Positions 48,664 to 57,406 of a stretch of 61,145 bases of DNA are shown in pieces (the stretch's first letter is position 1; the number at the start of each line of letters is the position of its first letter). The DNA is taken from IMG/VR virus record IMGVR_UViG_3300045988_167077, positions 1-61,145 of that record; one strand, 5' to 3'. The notes beneath the pieces were generated by a model. It had not been told where the DNA came from and searched no databases. It was given only the letters and a program-made list of their open reading frames with translations. The translations under genes and the position numbers were made by a program. This stretch comes from a virus.

Positions 48664-50787
48664 TTAAGCAATTACCGCCTCTGTTGGGCTGTCCCACTTT
48701 GAGGCACTGTGATTCATCTTCTTTTCAATGTCAATAATCTTCGGAAGTTCCATTTCAGTGAAGCTGATCAGGAGACCGATGCCTCGCGTCATCAGGAGGT
48801 CGTCGTGCATTCCGATGATTGCTCCCCAGGCGCCGTTTGGCTTTTTCTCGTAAGTGAGGTATTCGTCAAGACACCTTTCGTCCCGTTCCGTGTATAGCCC
48901 CTTCCTGACAACCTTGACCAGCATTGACACGATCTTCGGCTTCGTGGACACGTTGGTATGGAATCCGTATTTCTTCGGCATCTGGTTCATTATGTCCTCG
49001 TCGCTTTGCGGTCGGGCATACAGGTTAGGATAGACTTCCTTTATGAGGTTCAATATGTATGAAGACTGGTCTCCGTCGACCTGTCTTTCCTTGTCATGAG
49101 TCTCGAGGGTGTTGCTCTCTATCACCAACAGCGCATTGTCATAATATGACGCTATCTGTGCGGCCTTCCATGCCAGGATATCCATGTCAATGTGGCCATA
49201 CCACTGGGCTACGACCGTAGGCTTGCCACCCTCCATTTGATATATGCGGTCGAACACGACGATACAGGACCAGTCTGATTTCTTTGCGCGTCCTCCGATG
49301 TCGACGACGACCAGATACCTGTTGACGACTCTGATCTTCGGGTCGATTTCCGGTTTGCTCCATATCCACAGGCGGCCCTGCCTGTCTTCATCAAAGCGCA
49401 GGTCGATGAACGCGTCCTTTCCTTCGTCTCCTCTTGCGCATACTTCGCCGATGAATTTAGGCGGCCTGCAGCTGCCCCTCAGGTTCTCCACCTTATATCT
49501 GTCGAATACTCTTGCGCCGCTGTGTGAGAATGCCTCAATGTCATCGGAAGGATATTCGGAAGCCATGTCTTCATCTGAGTCATGTCCGGCACGCTCGATG
49601 ATATACCAATTTATGGCATCCAGTGATGCTCCTATCGTCCATAGGTACCACAGGTACTGGCCGGATACCTCCCTGTCTGAGTTGACGTTGGCATTGTCCC
49701 TGTTGGCCCACAGCTTATAGGCGAATTCATGGAGGGCCTTTTCATCAGGGATGCGGATTGAATACTGCTCGATCTGCCACCATGCTATGAACATTGCTTC
49801 AAATTGGGACTTGCCCGTCTTCGCGGCTTCATATTCCCTATGGAAAAAGTTGCCGGCACCATTGGCAGTGGACTCATAGACTATCATGGTCAATGGCTTG
49901 TAAAGGACACCGGCACATGCGGAACGGACAATGTCCTGCGGGCGTTTTCCGTCAGTCCTCTTCCAGAGGCCGACCTCGGAGCAATGGACCAGGTTGTAAT
50001 CTCCACCTCTGGCGGAATCCGGGCGCTCGGCAGTTCCTATCTTGATCTTACATTTCCTCTGAGGTACGCGATGGATGTTGCCGCTCTTGCCGACAGCCTT
50101 GAACTTCGGCTCAGTCTCTTTATATGATTCGGATATGCTATGTAGGTATTTGACCGGGTACATGTTAATCATCCTGTTGAACATGTCCAGAATCTCATCC
50201 GAAGCCGTGCCTTGGTGTGCGACGATAAGGGAGTTGAGACCGACCTTGTGCACGAGCTGGAGCCAGGCCATATAGAGCTGTATGCATGTGGAGCCTCCCC
50301 ACTGTCTTGCTTTCAGGAGTATGAGCCTGATTGGCTTCCCGGCCAGCCTGTCACGCTCCAGGCGCTCAATGAGCCGCCTCTGCGCACGGTTCAGCCAGAA
50401 GAGCCTGTCCTCTCCTCCTCCCTTGTTCTTGATATAGACTAGAGTTGCGGCCCAGAACGGGAAATCATGCTGGAACCTGATGCGGATGAACTGCTCGATG
50501 ACCTTCTCTTTTTCCCTGTTGTTGTATTCGGACTTGAGTACATCCGTAATGAACTTCTTTATGGAACCGGCCTTCACAAGTTTCTTTACGAGAGGAACGG
50601 TGCACATCTTCTCGGGGAGCCATTGCTCTTTGAACGGAAAGTCCTCAATGACGATATGCTTTCGTGATTCGCTGAAAGTCGAACCTTCGCCGGTGACCGG
50701 ATTGAATTTCTTTTCAATCTCGGCACGGCGTTTCATGTTTTCGTCCAGAATGGCCGCGACAGCCATGCGCTCTTCTTCTGTCAGCAT
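48664..50787 (-). CDS. terL: Terminase large subunit
   Basis: 707 aa. ATPase block IRLILLKARQWGGST (Walker A-like). A C-terminal RNase H-like nuclease region of typical length follows. Confidence 0.85.
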   Translation of the reverse strand: MLTEEERMAVAAILDENMKRRAEIEKKFNPVTGEGSTFSESRKHIVIEDFPFKEQWLPEKMCTVPLVKKLVKAGSIKKFITDVLKSEYNNREKEKVIEQFIRIRFQHDFPFWAATLVYIKNKGGGEDRLFWLNRAQRRLIERLERDRLAGKPIRLILLKARQWGGSTCIQLYMAWLQLVHKVGLNSLIVAHQGTASDEILDMFNRMINMYPVKYLHSISESYKETEPKFKAVGKSGNIHRVPQRKCKIKIGTAERPDSARGGDYNLVHCSEVGLWKRTDGKRPQDIVRSACAGVLYKPLTMIVYESTANGAGNFFHREYEAAKTGKSQFEAMFIAWWQIEQYSIRIPDEKALHEFAYKLWANRDNANVNSDREVSGQYLWYLWTIGASLDAINWYIIERAGHDSDEDMASEYPSDDIEAFSHSGARVFDRYKVENLRGSCRPPKFIGEVCARGDEGKDAFIDLRFDEDRQGRLWIWSKPEIDPKIRVVNRYLVVVDIGGRAKKSDWSCIVVFDRIYQMEGGKPTVVAQWYGHIDMDILAWKAAQIASYYDNALLVIESNTLETHDKERQVDGDQSSYILNLIKEVYPNLYARPQSDEDIMNQMPKKYGFHTNVSTKPKIVSMLVKVVRKGLYTERDERCLDEYLTYEKKPNGAWGAIIGMHDDLLMTRGIGLLISFTEMELPKIIDIEKKMNHSASKWDSPTEAVIA

Positions 50788-51317
50788 GGCTTCTCGTTCA
50801 ATTTATTGACGCAGGCGGCAATGACTCCCCAGATATAGCAATAGAGGTGCAGCCAGCCGTCCACACTTCTTGGAAACAGGAATCCGGACAGGAGTGTGAT
50901 GCAGATGCATACCTGCCAGTACAGTCTTCTCTTTACGGAAAACGACAGGCTTCCCAACAGGTAATAGCAGACACCTGAAAGCCCGACCGTCATCTGGCTT
51001 GCTGGATAAAGGAAAGAAAGCAGTCCTGATGGATACGTGACGGCTATGAGATAGGCCTCAAGCAGGGTCCACGCTGAGACCTTATAGATGAATATGATGG
51101 AGAGCAGACACCAGCAGTTCATTGCGGCATGTATCAATGAAGCATGGAAGAACGGATACAACATGCGGTTTCTTATCCCGGCTCCAGGACACATTGCAAT
51201 TCCGGAAAGGTCAGGATGGAGAATACATAAGCATAGGGCTATGGCAGAATACAATAGCCCTATAATCAAGACCTTTCTCGTACTTCTGCCCAAAATTGTT
51301 CCCGTGCTTTGTACCAT
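50781..51317 (-). CDS. Rhomboid-family intramembrane serine protease
   Basis: Six hydrophobic helices. TM2 FFHASLIHAAMNCW (HxxxxHxxxN), TM4 VGLSGVCYYLLG (GxSG) and TM6 WLHLYCYIWG (catalytic His) parallel GlpG. Confidence 0.8.
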   Translation of the reverse strand: MVQSTGTILGRSTRKVLIIGLLYSAIALCLCILHPDLSGIAMCPGAGIRNRMLYPFFHASLIHAAMNCWCLLSIIFIYKVSAWTLLEAYLIAVTYPSGLLSFLYPASQMTVGLSGVCYYLLGSLSFSVKRRLYWQVCICITLLSGFLFPRSVDGWLHLYCYIWGVIAACVNKLNEKPC

Positions 51318-51712
51318 TTTCTTTTGATTTTTGAAATGATTACATGAGCGGAGCTCGGAGTGAGGTAGAACCGCGGGGCATGAGAGTTGACCACGTCAAA
51401 TGTTATATCATAGACTGAATCCATTGGACGTGTCTTTTTCAATTCAAGGAATCTTCTATATATTTCATTGAACATGGCCCGCTTGTTTGGGCGCATCGTG
51501 TCGAGTTTGTCTCCTTTCATCATTTCGAGAACCACACCTGCGGCCCGCTGCTCGCTTACCCAAAATCTTTCGGACGGCATCTCGACGGTTTTGGCGAAAA
51601 CCTCTTCCATGGTCATCCCGCACCTATGCGACATCACATATTTGAAAGCACGCATCAAGTCACGATTGCGTTCTTTCTCGTATTCGAAGTATGAACCAAA
51701 GTGCTTCATCAT
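51266..51712 (-). CDS. Hypothetical protein (candidate small terminase by position only)
   Basis: 148-aa ORF, first gene of the packaging operon. No motif recognised. Confidence 0.45.
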   Translation of the reverse strand: MMKHFGSYFEYEKERNRDLMRAFKYVMSHRCGMTMEEVFAKTVEMPSERFWVSEQRAAGVVLEMMKGDKLDTMRPNKRAMFNEIYRRFLELKKTRPMDSVYDITFDVVNSHAPRFYLTPSSAHVIISKIKRKWYKAREQFWAEVRERS

Positions 51713-51770
51713 TCCGCTCTGTTTCTATACAAATTTACCCCTTGAGATAAACAGATATGATTAGCATTCT

Positions 51771-52631
51771 TTGGGTATGGGTTATTTTAGCGACAGGAAT
51801 GAACGAATTAAATCCCTATTGTATATGGAAAATACAGGTAAAGAAACAGTTACCTCTAAAAGAGAGTTGGCCCTGCAGAGGCTGAAATCAAAATATCCGG
51901 AGGATAATTTTGACGATGATGAGGCTGTTTTTGGTCGAATTAACGGAGATTACGATGATTTCGACAGGCAGATAAAGGAACGTGACGACAGAATCGCCGG
52001 CTATGAGGCTGACGAGAAGGCTCTGGGCGAGATGTTCTCAAGCGATCCGAGGTCTGCCATGTTCATGTCAAAGTGGTCAAAAGGCGGAGACCCTTCAATA
52101 GCCCTCATCCAGGAATTCGGCAACGACATCATTGACATTATCAATGACCCCAAGAGACAGCAGGAAGTTGCTGAGGCGAACAAGGCATTTGCTGCGAGAG
52201 TCGCAAAGAACAAGGAGTATGAGGAAGAGTACAAGAAGAACCTTGACCGGTCGCTGCAGACCATTGAAGACATGAAGGCAAAAGGCGTTTCCGATGATGA
52301 GATTGACGCTATAATGTCTGCTACGATAGCTATCGTAAGTGATGGGCTCAGAGGAATCTTCTCTCCAGAGACCTTGGACATGGTACGTAAAGCAATCAGT
52401 CATGACAGGGATGTCAGCGCAGCTTCTGAAGAGGGCGAGATCAGGGGACGAAACGCAAAGATAGAAGAGAGGCTCAGGCGTCCGGCAAAAGGCGACGGGA
52501 CCCCAACTCTCGGCGGAGGGAATGGAGGAAACGCACCTGCAGGCAAACCAATGGGAGCATTGGAGCGGTTCGGTGAAGGAAATACTTCAATCTGGGACAA
52601 GGGCGGCGAGAAGCGAATTCAACATAGATAA
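51771..52631 (+). CDS. Scaffolding-like protein
   Basis: Acidic helical 286-aa ORF immediately upstream of the capsid gene. The listed start is TTG; ATGs at 51777 and 51825 are alternatives. Confidence 0.6.
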   Translation: MGMGYFSDRNERIKSLLYMENTGKETVTSKRELALQRLKSKYPEDNFDDDEAVFGRINGDYDDFDRQIKERDDRIAGYEADEKALGEMFSSDPRSAMFMSKWSKGGDPSIALIQEFGNDIIDIINDPKRQQEVAEANKAFAARVAKNKEYEEEYKKNLDRSLQTIEDMKAKGVSDDEIDAIMSATIAIVSDGLRGIFSPETLDMVRKAISHDRDVSAASEEGEIRGRNAKIEERLRRPAKGDGTPTLGGGNGGNAPAGKPMGALERFGEGNTSIWDKGGEKRIQHR

Positions 52632-52661
52632 TATTATCAACCATCTAAAAATTTAGTTAAA

Positions 52662-54086
52662 ATGAAGAAATTCAAAATTGGAAAAGTAATCCTATCGACG
52701 TTGCTGTCAGTGCTTTGCTTTATGCTTGGCGCTCAGTCAGGCGTCATGATGGCAGCGGCCAGCGAACTTCCTGATGCAGGAGTCACAGCTTCAGGTAATC
52801 CTGGTGATGGCGGCGGAGCAGGTATCGCAACGGAATCCGAAGGGCGCGAGGCTGGCGATCCGGAATTCTACTCAAAGGAAATCGACAAGCGAATCACGAA
52901 GATCCGCCCTATGGCGACACCTGTAGACCAGATTAGCCGTTATGCGAAATCTGTATCTACCAACAGCTTTGAAGTGAAATACTATTCAGTCGGTACCAGA
53001 CCTATCGTATGTACCACTTCAGGCGAGATTGCAAAGCAGACCCAGGGAGAATCAGTCTCACTGCCTGTCGATGACGCCAACATGTTTACTCTCGATGATA
53101 CCATCAGGGTAGTGGGCGTGAAGGGTGAGTTCGACTACACTGGTGCTGCCTACAACAAGAGTGACGAGAATACTCCTGACCTTGTGCTGAAGGTTTGCGG
53201 CAGGGATGCCAGCACTTCAATGCCGACCGTGTACGCGGTGAACGGTCTGAAGGATTCAACCGGCAGGACAATCTGGCTTCCGGCCATTCCTAACGGGACC
53301 AAGCTCGTGCGAATGGGCAAGGCATGTGCCGAGCTCAGCGTGCAGACCGGACGCTTCAACAACATTCCTACATCCGAGGTTCAGTACTGCCAGAACTTCA
53401 TGATTCAGGTTGAGCAGTCGACATTCGACAAGATTGCCAAGAAGGAAGTGGACTGGACATTCTCTGACCTCGAGGAGGACGGAATCTATGACATGAAGTT
53501 GGCTCAGGAGAATACCTATCTCTGGGGCGTCAAGAACGTCATCTCACACTCTACCAGCGACTCCATGAAGACATGGTTCACCGGAGGTATCTGGTGGATG
53601 GCAGGAAAGGATATCGAAGTCGGAACTTACGACGCCCAGACCAAGACGACTACAATCTCCGATGACAATCTTGTGGACATCGCAAAGGATCTGTTTGTCG
53701 GCACAGGTATCGGAAACAAGAAGAAGGTGCTTCTTGTCGGTTCTGACATGCTTGCCGCTTTCTCTAAGATCAAGAGTGAGAAATTCAGGCTCAAGGATAC
53801 TGTGGAGGTATGGAACCTCAAGTTCAAGTCCTGGGATACCGACTTCGGCGAGCTGCTCACAATCCATCACGAGCTGTTTGATGCGAACGGAATGAGCGAC
53901 TGCGGCTTTGCCCTGGATCCGGAGTATTTGACGAAGGCCGTACACGTGTCATGGTCAAGAAACATCCTCGACCTGAAGAAGGCAGGTGTCAGGAACACCA
54001 ATGCCGTAGTCATGCAGGAGGTTGCCTGTCTCTATCTGAGATATGCCAAGGCACATGCCAGAATGAGACTTGCACATGCAGCCTAG
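52662..54086 (+). CDS. Major capsid protein (HK97-fold type)
   Basis: 474 aa, following the scaffold gene. Contains the EFYSKEIDKRITKIRPMATPVDQISRYAKS block and is followed by a terminator. The N-terminal 30 aa look like a signal peptide, so the start is uncertain (alternatives at 52722, 52746 and 52749). Confidence 0.75.
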   Translation: MKKFKIGKVILSTLLSVLCFMLGAQSGVMMAAASELPDAGVTASGNPGDGGGAGIATESEGREAGDPEFYSKEIDKRITKIRPMATPVDQISRYAKSVSTNSFEVKYYSVGTRPIVCTTSGEIAKQTQGESVSLPVDDANMFTLDDTIRVVGVKGEFDYTGAAYNKSDENTPDLVLKVCGRDASTSMPTVYAVNGLKDSTGRTIWLPAIPNGTKLVRMGKACAELSVQTGRFNNIPTSEVQYCQNFMIQVEQSTFDKIAKKEVDWTFSDLEEDGIYDMKLAQENTYLWGVKNVISHSTSDSMKTWFTGGIWWMAGKDIEVGTYDAQTKTTTISDDNLVDIAKDLFVGTGIGNKKKVLLVGSDMLAAFSKIKSEKFRLKDTVEVWNLKFKSWDTDFGELLTIHHELFDANGMSDCGFALDPEYLTKAVHVSWSRNILDLKKAGVRNTNAVVMQEVACLYLRYAKAHARMRLAHAA

Positions 54087-54112
54087 TCGGGCACATCCAA
54101 ATATCATATTCT

Positions 54113-54143
54113 AACGGGGCGGGCGGGAAACGCCCACTCCGTT
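54113..54143 (+). terminator. Stem-loop after the capsid gene
   Basis: aacgg-ggc-gggcg-ggaaa-cgccc-act-ccgtt followed by tcatcattttt. Confidence 0.5.
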
Positions 54144-54166
54144 TCATCATTTTTATCAAAGGCACT

Positions 54167-54556
54167 ATGAAGAGATATATAGCCAATTCTCAGTTGAGCA
54201 TAAATGTGAACCTGAAGTCAGGCAGCAGCCTGCACATCAGATTTGCTTCGCTTACTGGAGGCAAGAGCGTTTATTATACGGACGATAAGGATATTCAGGA
54301 CGCGCTCGAGCGGCATCCCAAGTTCAACAGGCTGTTCGAGGTGGATAAATACTACGTTGAAAATCCTGTAAGCAAACCGGCGAAGGATTCCCCGTCTGAT
54401 GAGACTTCAAGTTTCAAGAAGATAAAAGTCTCGTGCGCAGATGACGCGAAGGATTATCTTGCCGAGAAGTTCGGTACCAGCAGGACACAGATGAGGACCA
54501 TATCCGGCATTAAGGCTGCGGCTGCGGAGAAGGGAATCGAGTTCGAAGGAATTTAA
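54167..54556 (+). CDS. Hypothetical virion protein
   Basis: The ORF opens at 53951 inside the capsid gene. ATG at 54167 (MKRYIANSQL) lies after the terminator and gives 129 aa. Confidence 0.5.
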   Translation: MKRYIANSQLSINVNLKSGSSLHIRFASLTGGKSVYYTDDKDIQDALERHPKFNRLFEVDKYYVENPVSKPAKDSPSDETSSFKKIKVSCADDAKDYLAEKFGTSRTQMRTISGIKAAAAEKGIEFEGI

Positions 54557-54571
54557 CAAGAAGATCGCTCC

Positions 54572-55231
54572 ATGTTCTATTTGCTTGACAATTTGAAGAA
54601 GAGCATCCGCATAGCTCTGGACCAGAATAATAGTAGTGACCTTCTTGTCGGTATAGGTGACATTGATACGCTTACGCTTGAAGAAATCATTGCCAGCAAG
54701 ATTGTCGATGCCGTCAGGATTGTCACTGCGGAGGCGCCGTCATATCTTCTTGACGGAGGCAAACCTTTCGCAGAAAGTATAGCATGGGAGAGTCAACCGG
54801 GCTACGGGTGCGGCTGGACCTTGTTGCCGGATGATTTTCTTAGGCTTGTTTGCTTCAAGATGAGTGATTGGTCCTATGCAGTTACTGATGCGGTGACTGA
54901 AGACAGCCAGGCATATCGTATGCAGCGCAGCCGTTTTCCTGGCATCAGGGGGAATCCGGAGAGGCCTGTCGTTGCCATAACGTCACAGCCGGCCGGGCAG
55001 GTCCTGGAATTCTTTTCTTGCGCTTCTGGCGAGGAAGCGTATGTCACCAGGGCCAGATATATACCGCTTCCGGCTGTTTCCACTGACGGAGCGGACAGGG
55101 AAGGTATCGAGATCTGTGAAAAGCTGGAGCCTGCCGTGATTTATTATGCGGCTTATCTTACCGCATTGAGCACAGGCGCGAATGATCTTGCCGTAGTCAT
55201 GTTGCAGATCAGCAAAGAACTAATCAAGTAA
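54572..55231 (+). CDS. Hypothetical virion protein (possible head-tail adaptor)
   Basis: 219-aa ORF in the head-to-tail gene order. Function is inferred from position only. Confidence 0.5.
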   Translation: MFYLLDNLKKSIRIALDQNNSSDLLVGIGDIDTLTLEEIIASKIVDAVRIVTAEAPSYLLDGGKPFAESIAWESQPGYGCGWTLLPDDFLRLVCFKMSDWSYAVTDAVTEDSQAYRMQRSRFPGIRGNPERPVVAITSQPAGQVLEFFSCASGEEAYVTRARYIPLPAVSTDGADREGIEICEKLEPAVIYYAAYLTALSTGANDLAVVMLQISKELIK

Positions 55232-55235
55232 AAGT

Positions 55236-56798
55236 ATGGACAAGAATAATCTGGGCGAATATAGCAGCCTGCAGGAACTATGGCAGGCTCATCCGGAAGG
55301 CGGACATGAGGGCGATTATGCTATTGTCAATGGTGTCACATACCGTTGGGACAAGTATAACAGGATCTGGAACGGTTCCGCTTCCCCGGTGGAGTCTTAC
55401 GGAAGAAGGACTGAGATCCATGATGGAGACGTCATCGTCAACAATGATCTTACGGTTGCCGGGATGCTGAGGGCAAAAGGTGTAAAACAGCCGAACAAAG
55501 GTCTGTTCAAGGACCTCGATGCTCTTCAGAAGAGATATCCCTTGCCAGAAATCGGATGGTGGGCTACCGTGGGTGATACTGTCCCGGGACTCATCTACAG
55601 GTGCGACAAAACCGGAGTGTGGTCTGCGACAGGAGAAACTGGAGGGCTTGACGCCATCGACTACGAGAAAATAGACACGGCTGTAAGAAACGCGCAAACA
55701 GCAGCTGACAAGGCCGACAAGATGGCGAATCGCGCCAACGCGGAGGCCGGGAATGCCAACACTATGGCAGCATTGGCGCAGCAGGCCGCAGATTCGGCAA
55801 ATGAATCTGCCGGCAATGCGGATATTGCCGCAAGTAATGCCAATTCAAAAGCCGAGGCAGCGAATACTGCTGCTGTCAATGCCGCATCGGCAGGCGCATT
55901 TGCCAAAGATCAGGGTGATTACGCCAAGGAACAAGGGGCGATATTGCAGCAACGTGTTGAAGCCGTCGAGCAATTCTCTGAGACGGTTAGAACAGAGGAA
56001 CAGGCTAGAGCAGATTCTGAGAAGCTGAGGATTGCCGAAGAGGAAAAGCGCAAGTCTGCTGAACAGGTCCGCGCTGACAATGAATCTGGACGAGTCTCGG
56101 CGGAACAGCAACGGGCTTCTGAGTTTGCAACACTGAAGGAAGCATCTGAAGAAGCAACGTCTGCCGCGAATACGGCCGCTTCAGAGGCGACTTCTGCCGC
56201 GGCAACAGCCAATGCTACGACCTCGGCTGCGAATAAGATCAATGAAGACATGGTCAAGGCAGAACAGTCTCGAGTTTCTGCCGAATCCCTGAGAGCAAAG
56301 GCTGAATCAACCAGAGTCGAATCGGAGAATACCCGTCAGCAGAATGAGAGTACCAGGGTCGGAAGGGAATATATCCGTGAAGCTAATGAGACAAAGCGAA
56401 AGTCTGTAGAAGCTGAGCGGGTAAAGGCTGAATCGGATAGAGAGAGTGAGGAGACTTTGCGCAGGAATGCAGAGACAACCAGAAAGTCCAATGAATCCGC
56501 AAGAGCTTCGGCGGAGTCCTCACGAACTGCAGCTGAATCCAAAAGGGTTGCTGCAGAGACTGCCAGGGCGGATGCTGAGATAAAGAGAACGTCAGCAGAG
56601 AGCGGCCGTGTGACTGCGGAGGAGCAGCGCGTGACGGAGTTCTCGCGTCTCAAGTCTGAATCCGAGACCGCAACGGACAACGCCGTAAAGGCCGCAGACA
56701 GGGCTGTCAAGGCCGCCGCCGCTGCGGAGAAGAAGGCTACCCTCGAAATTGAGGTTGACGCGAAGAGCGGCATCATAAGCGTAACGTATGACGAATAA
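55236..56798 (+). CDS. Fibre protein with long arrays of [A/N]E[S/T]xRxx heptads
   Basis: 520 aa. Globular N-terminus, Ala/Asn-rich region, then 6 heptads and about 18 heptads. Each array ends in EFxxLK. Confidence 0.6.
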   Translation: MDKNNLGEYSSLQELWQAHPEGGHEGDYAIVNGVTYRWDKYNRIWNGSASPVESYGRRTEIHDGDVIVNNDLTVAGMLRAKGVKQPNKGLFKDLDALQKRYPLPEIGWWATVGDTVPGLIYRCDKTGVWSATGETGGLDAIDYEKIDTAVRNAQTAADKADKMANRANAEAGNANTMAALAQQAADSANESAGNADIAASNANSKAEAANTAAVNAASAGAFAKDQGDYAKEQGAILQQRVEAVEQFSETVRTEEQARADSEKLRIAEEEKRKSAEQVRADNESGRVSAEQQRASEFATLKEASEEATSAANTAASEATSAAATANATTSAANKINEDMVKAEQSRVSAESLRAKAESTRVESENTRQQNESTRVGREYIREANETKRKSVEAERVKAESDRESEETLRRNAETTRKSNESARASAESSRTAAESKRVAAETARADAEIKRTSAESGRVTAEEQRVTEFSRLKSESETATDNAVKAADRAVKAAAAAEKKATLEIEVDAKSGIISVTYDE

Positions 56799-56810
56799 AA
56801 AAACAACAAT

Positions 56811-57392
56811 ATGGCAAAAGTCAAGAAAACCATCGGGCGCGTGCCGACCGCCCGCTTCGAATACACTGACGGCGAGACATACTATTCAGGCAACATTGTG
56901 ACGCGCTACGGCTCCTCATTCCAATGCGTTGTGGAATCTACGACCACGCCTCCGGCGACACTGGACGCTTCAGGCAGGGTGGTCATCGGAGAAGGCTGGA
57001 TTTTCTTCGCGGATGCTACCGGCGTGGCGGAGGTGAAGAATGCAGTCGAGGCCCTCAAGTCCGGCAAGGTGACAGACAACAGGGTGCTGGCGGAGGCTCT
57101 CGTGAGTCTTGAGGCCCGCATCTCAGCTCTTGAAGGCGGCAAGCCGTATCTCGGCAATGCGACTGCAGGCGTCATCGACGTGAACGGAATCACGCGGGCA
57201 CGCTATCCGCTCGTGATGGTTGCTCACGGCGTTCCTGCGGAGGCAAATGTGCCGGACAACCTCCCTGCGGGGCTTCCGTGGGATGGAGTTCCCGCCTTCA
57301 TCGGGCAACAGTACATCAACCTTGACGCACCTTCAGGCGGCCTTTACTATGCGACGGGAAACGAAAAGGTAAGTGATTGGAAACAGGCTTAA
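56811..57392 (+). CDS. Tail-fibre-associated protein (CBM5/12-like N-terminal motif, tentative)
   Basis: 193 aa. FEYTDGETYYSGNIVTRYGSSFQCV resembles carbohydrate-binding YxxGDxVxYxGxxY modules. Confidence 0.45.
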   Translation: MAKVKKTIGRVPTARFEYTDGETYYSGNIVTRYGSSFQCVVESTTTPPATLDASGRVVIGEGWIFFADATGVAEVKNAVEALKSGKVTDNRVLAEALVSLEARISALEGGKPYLGNATAGVIDVNGITRARYPLVMVAHGVPAEANVPDNLPAGLPWDGVPAFIGQQYINLDAPSGGLYYATGNEKVSDWKQA

Positions 57393-57406
57393 AAAATGAT
57401 TGAATT

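Noticed and set aside
53951-54166. 5' extension of ORF 53951-54556 overlapping the capsid gene
   Set aside because: It overlaps the capsid 3' end and the post-capsid hairpin, and the translation is Cys/His/Gln-rich. The ATG at 54167 after the terminator is the sensible start.
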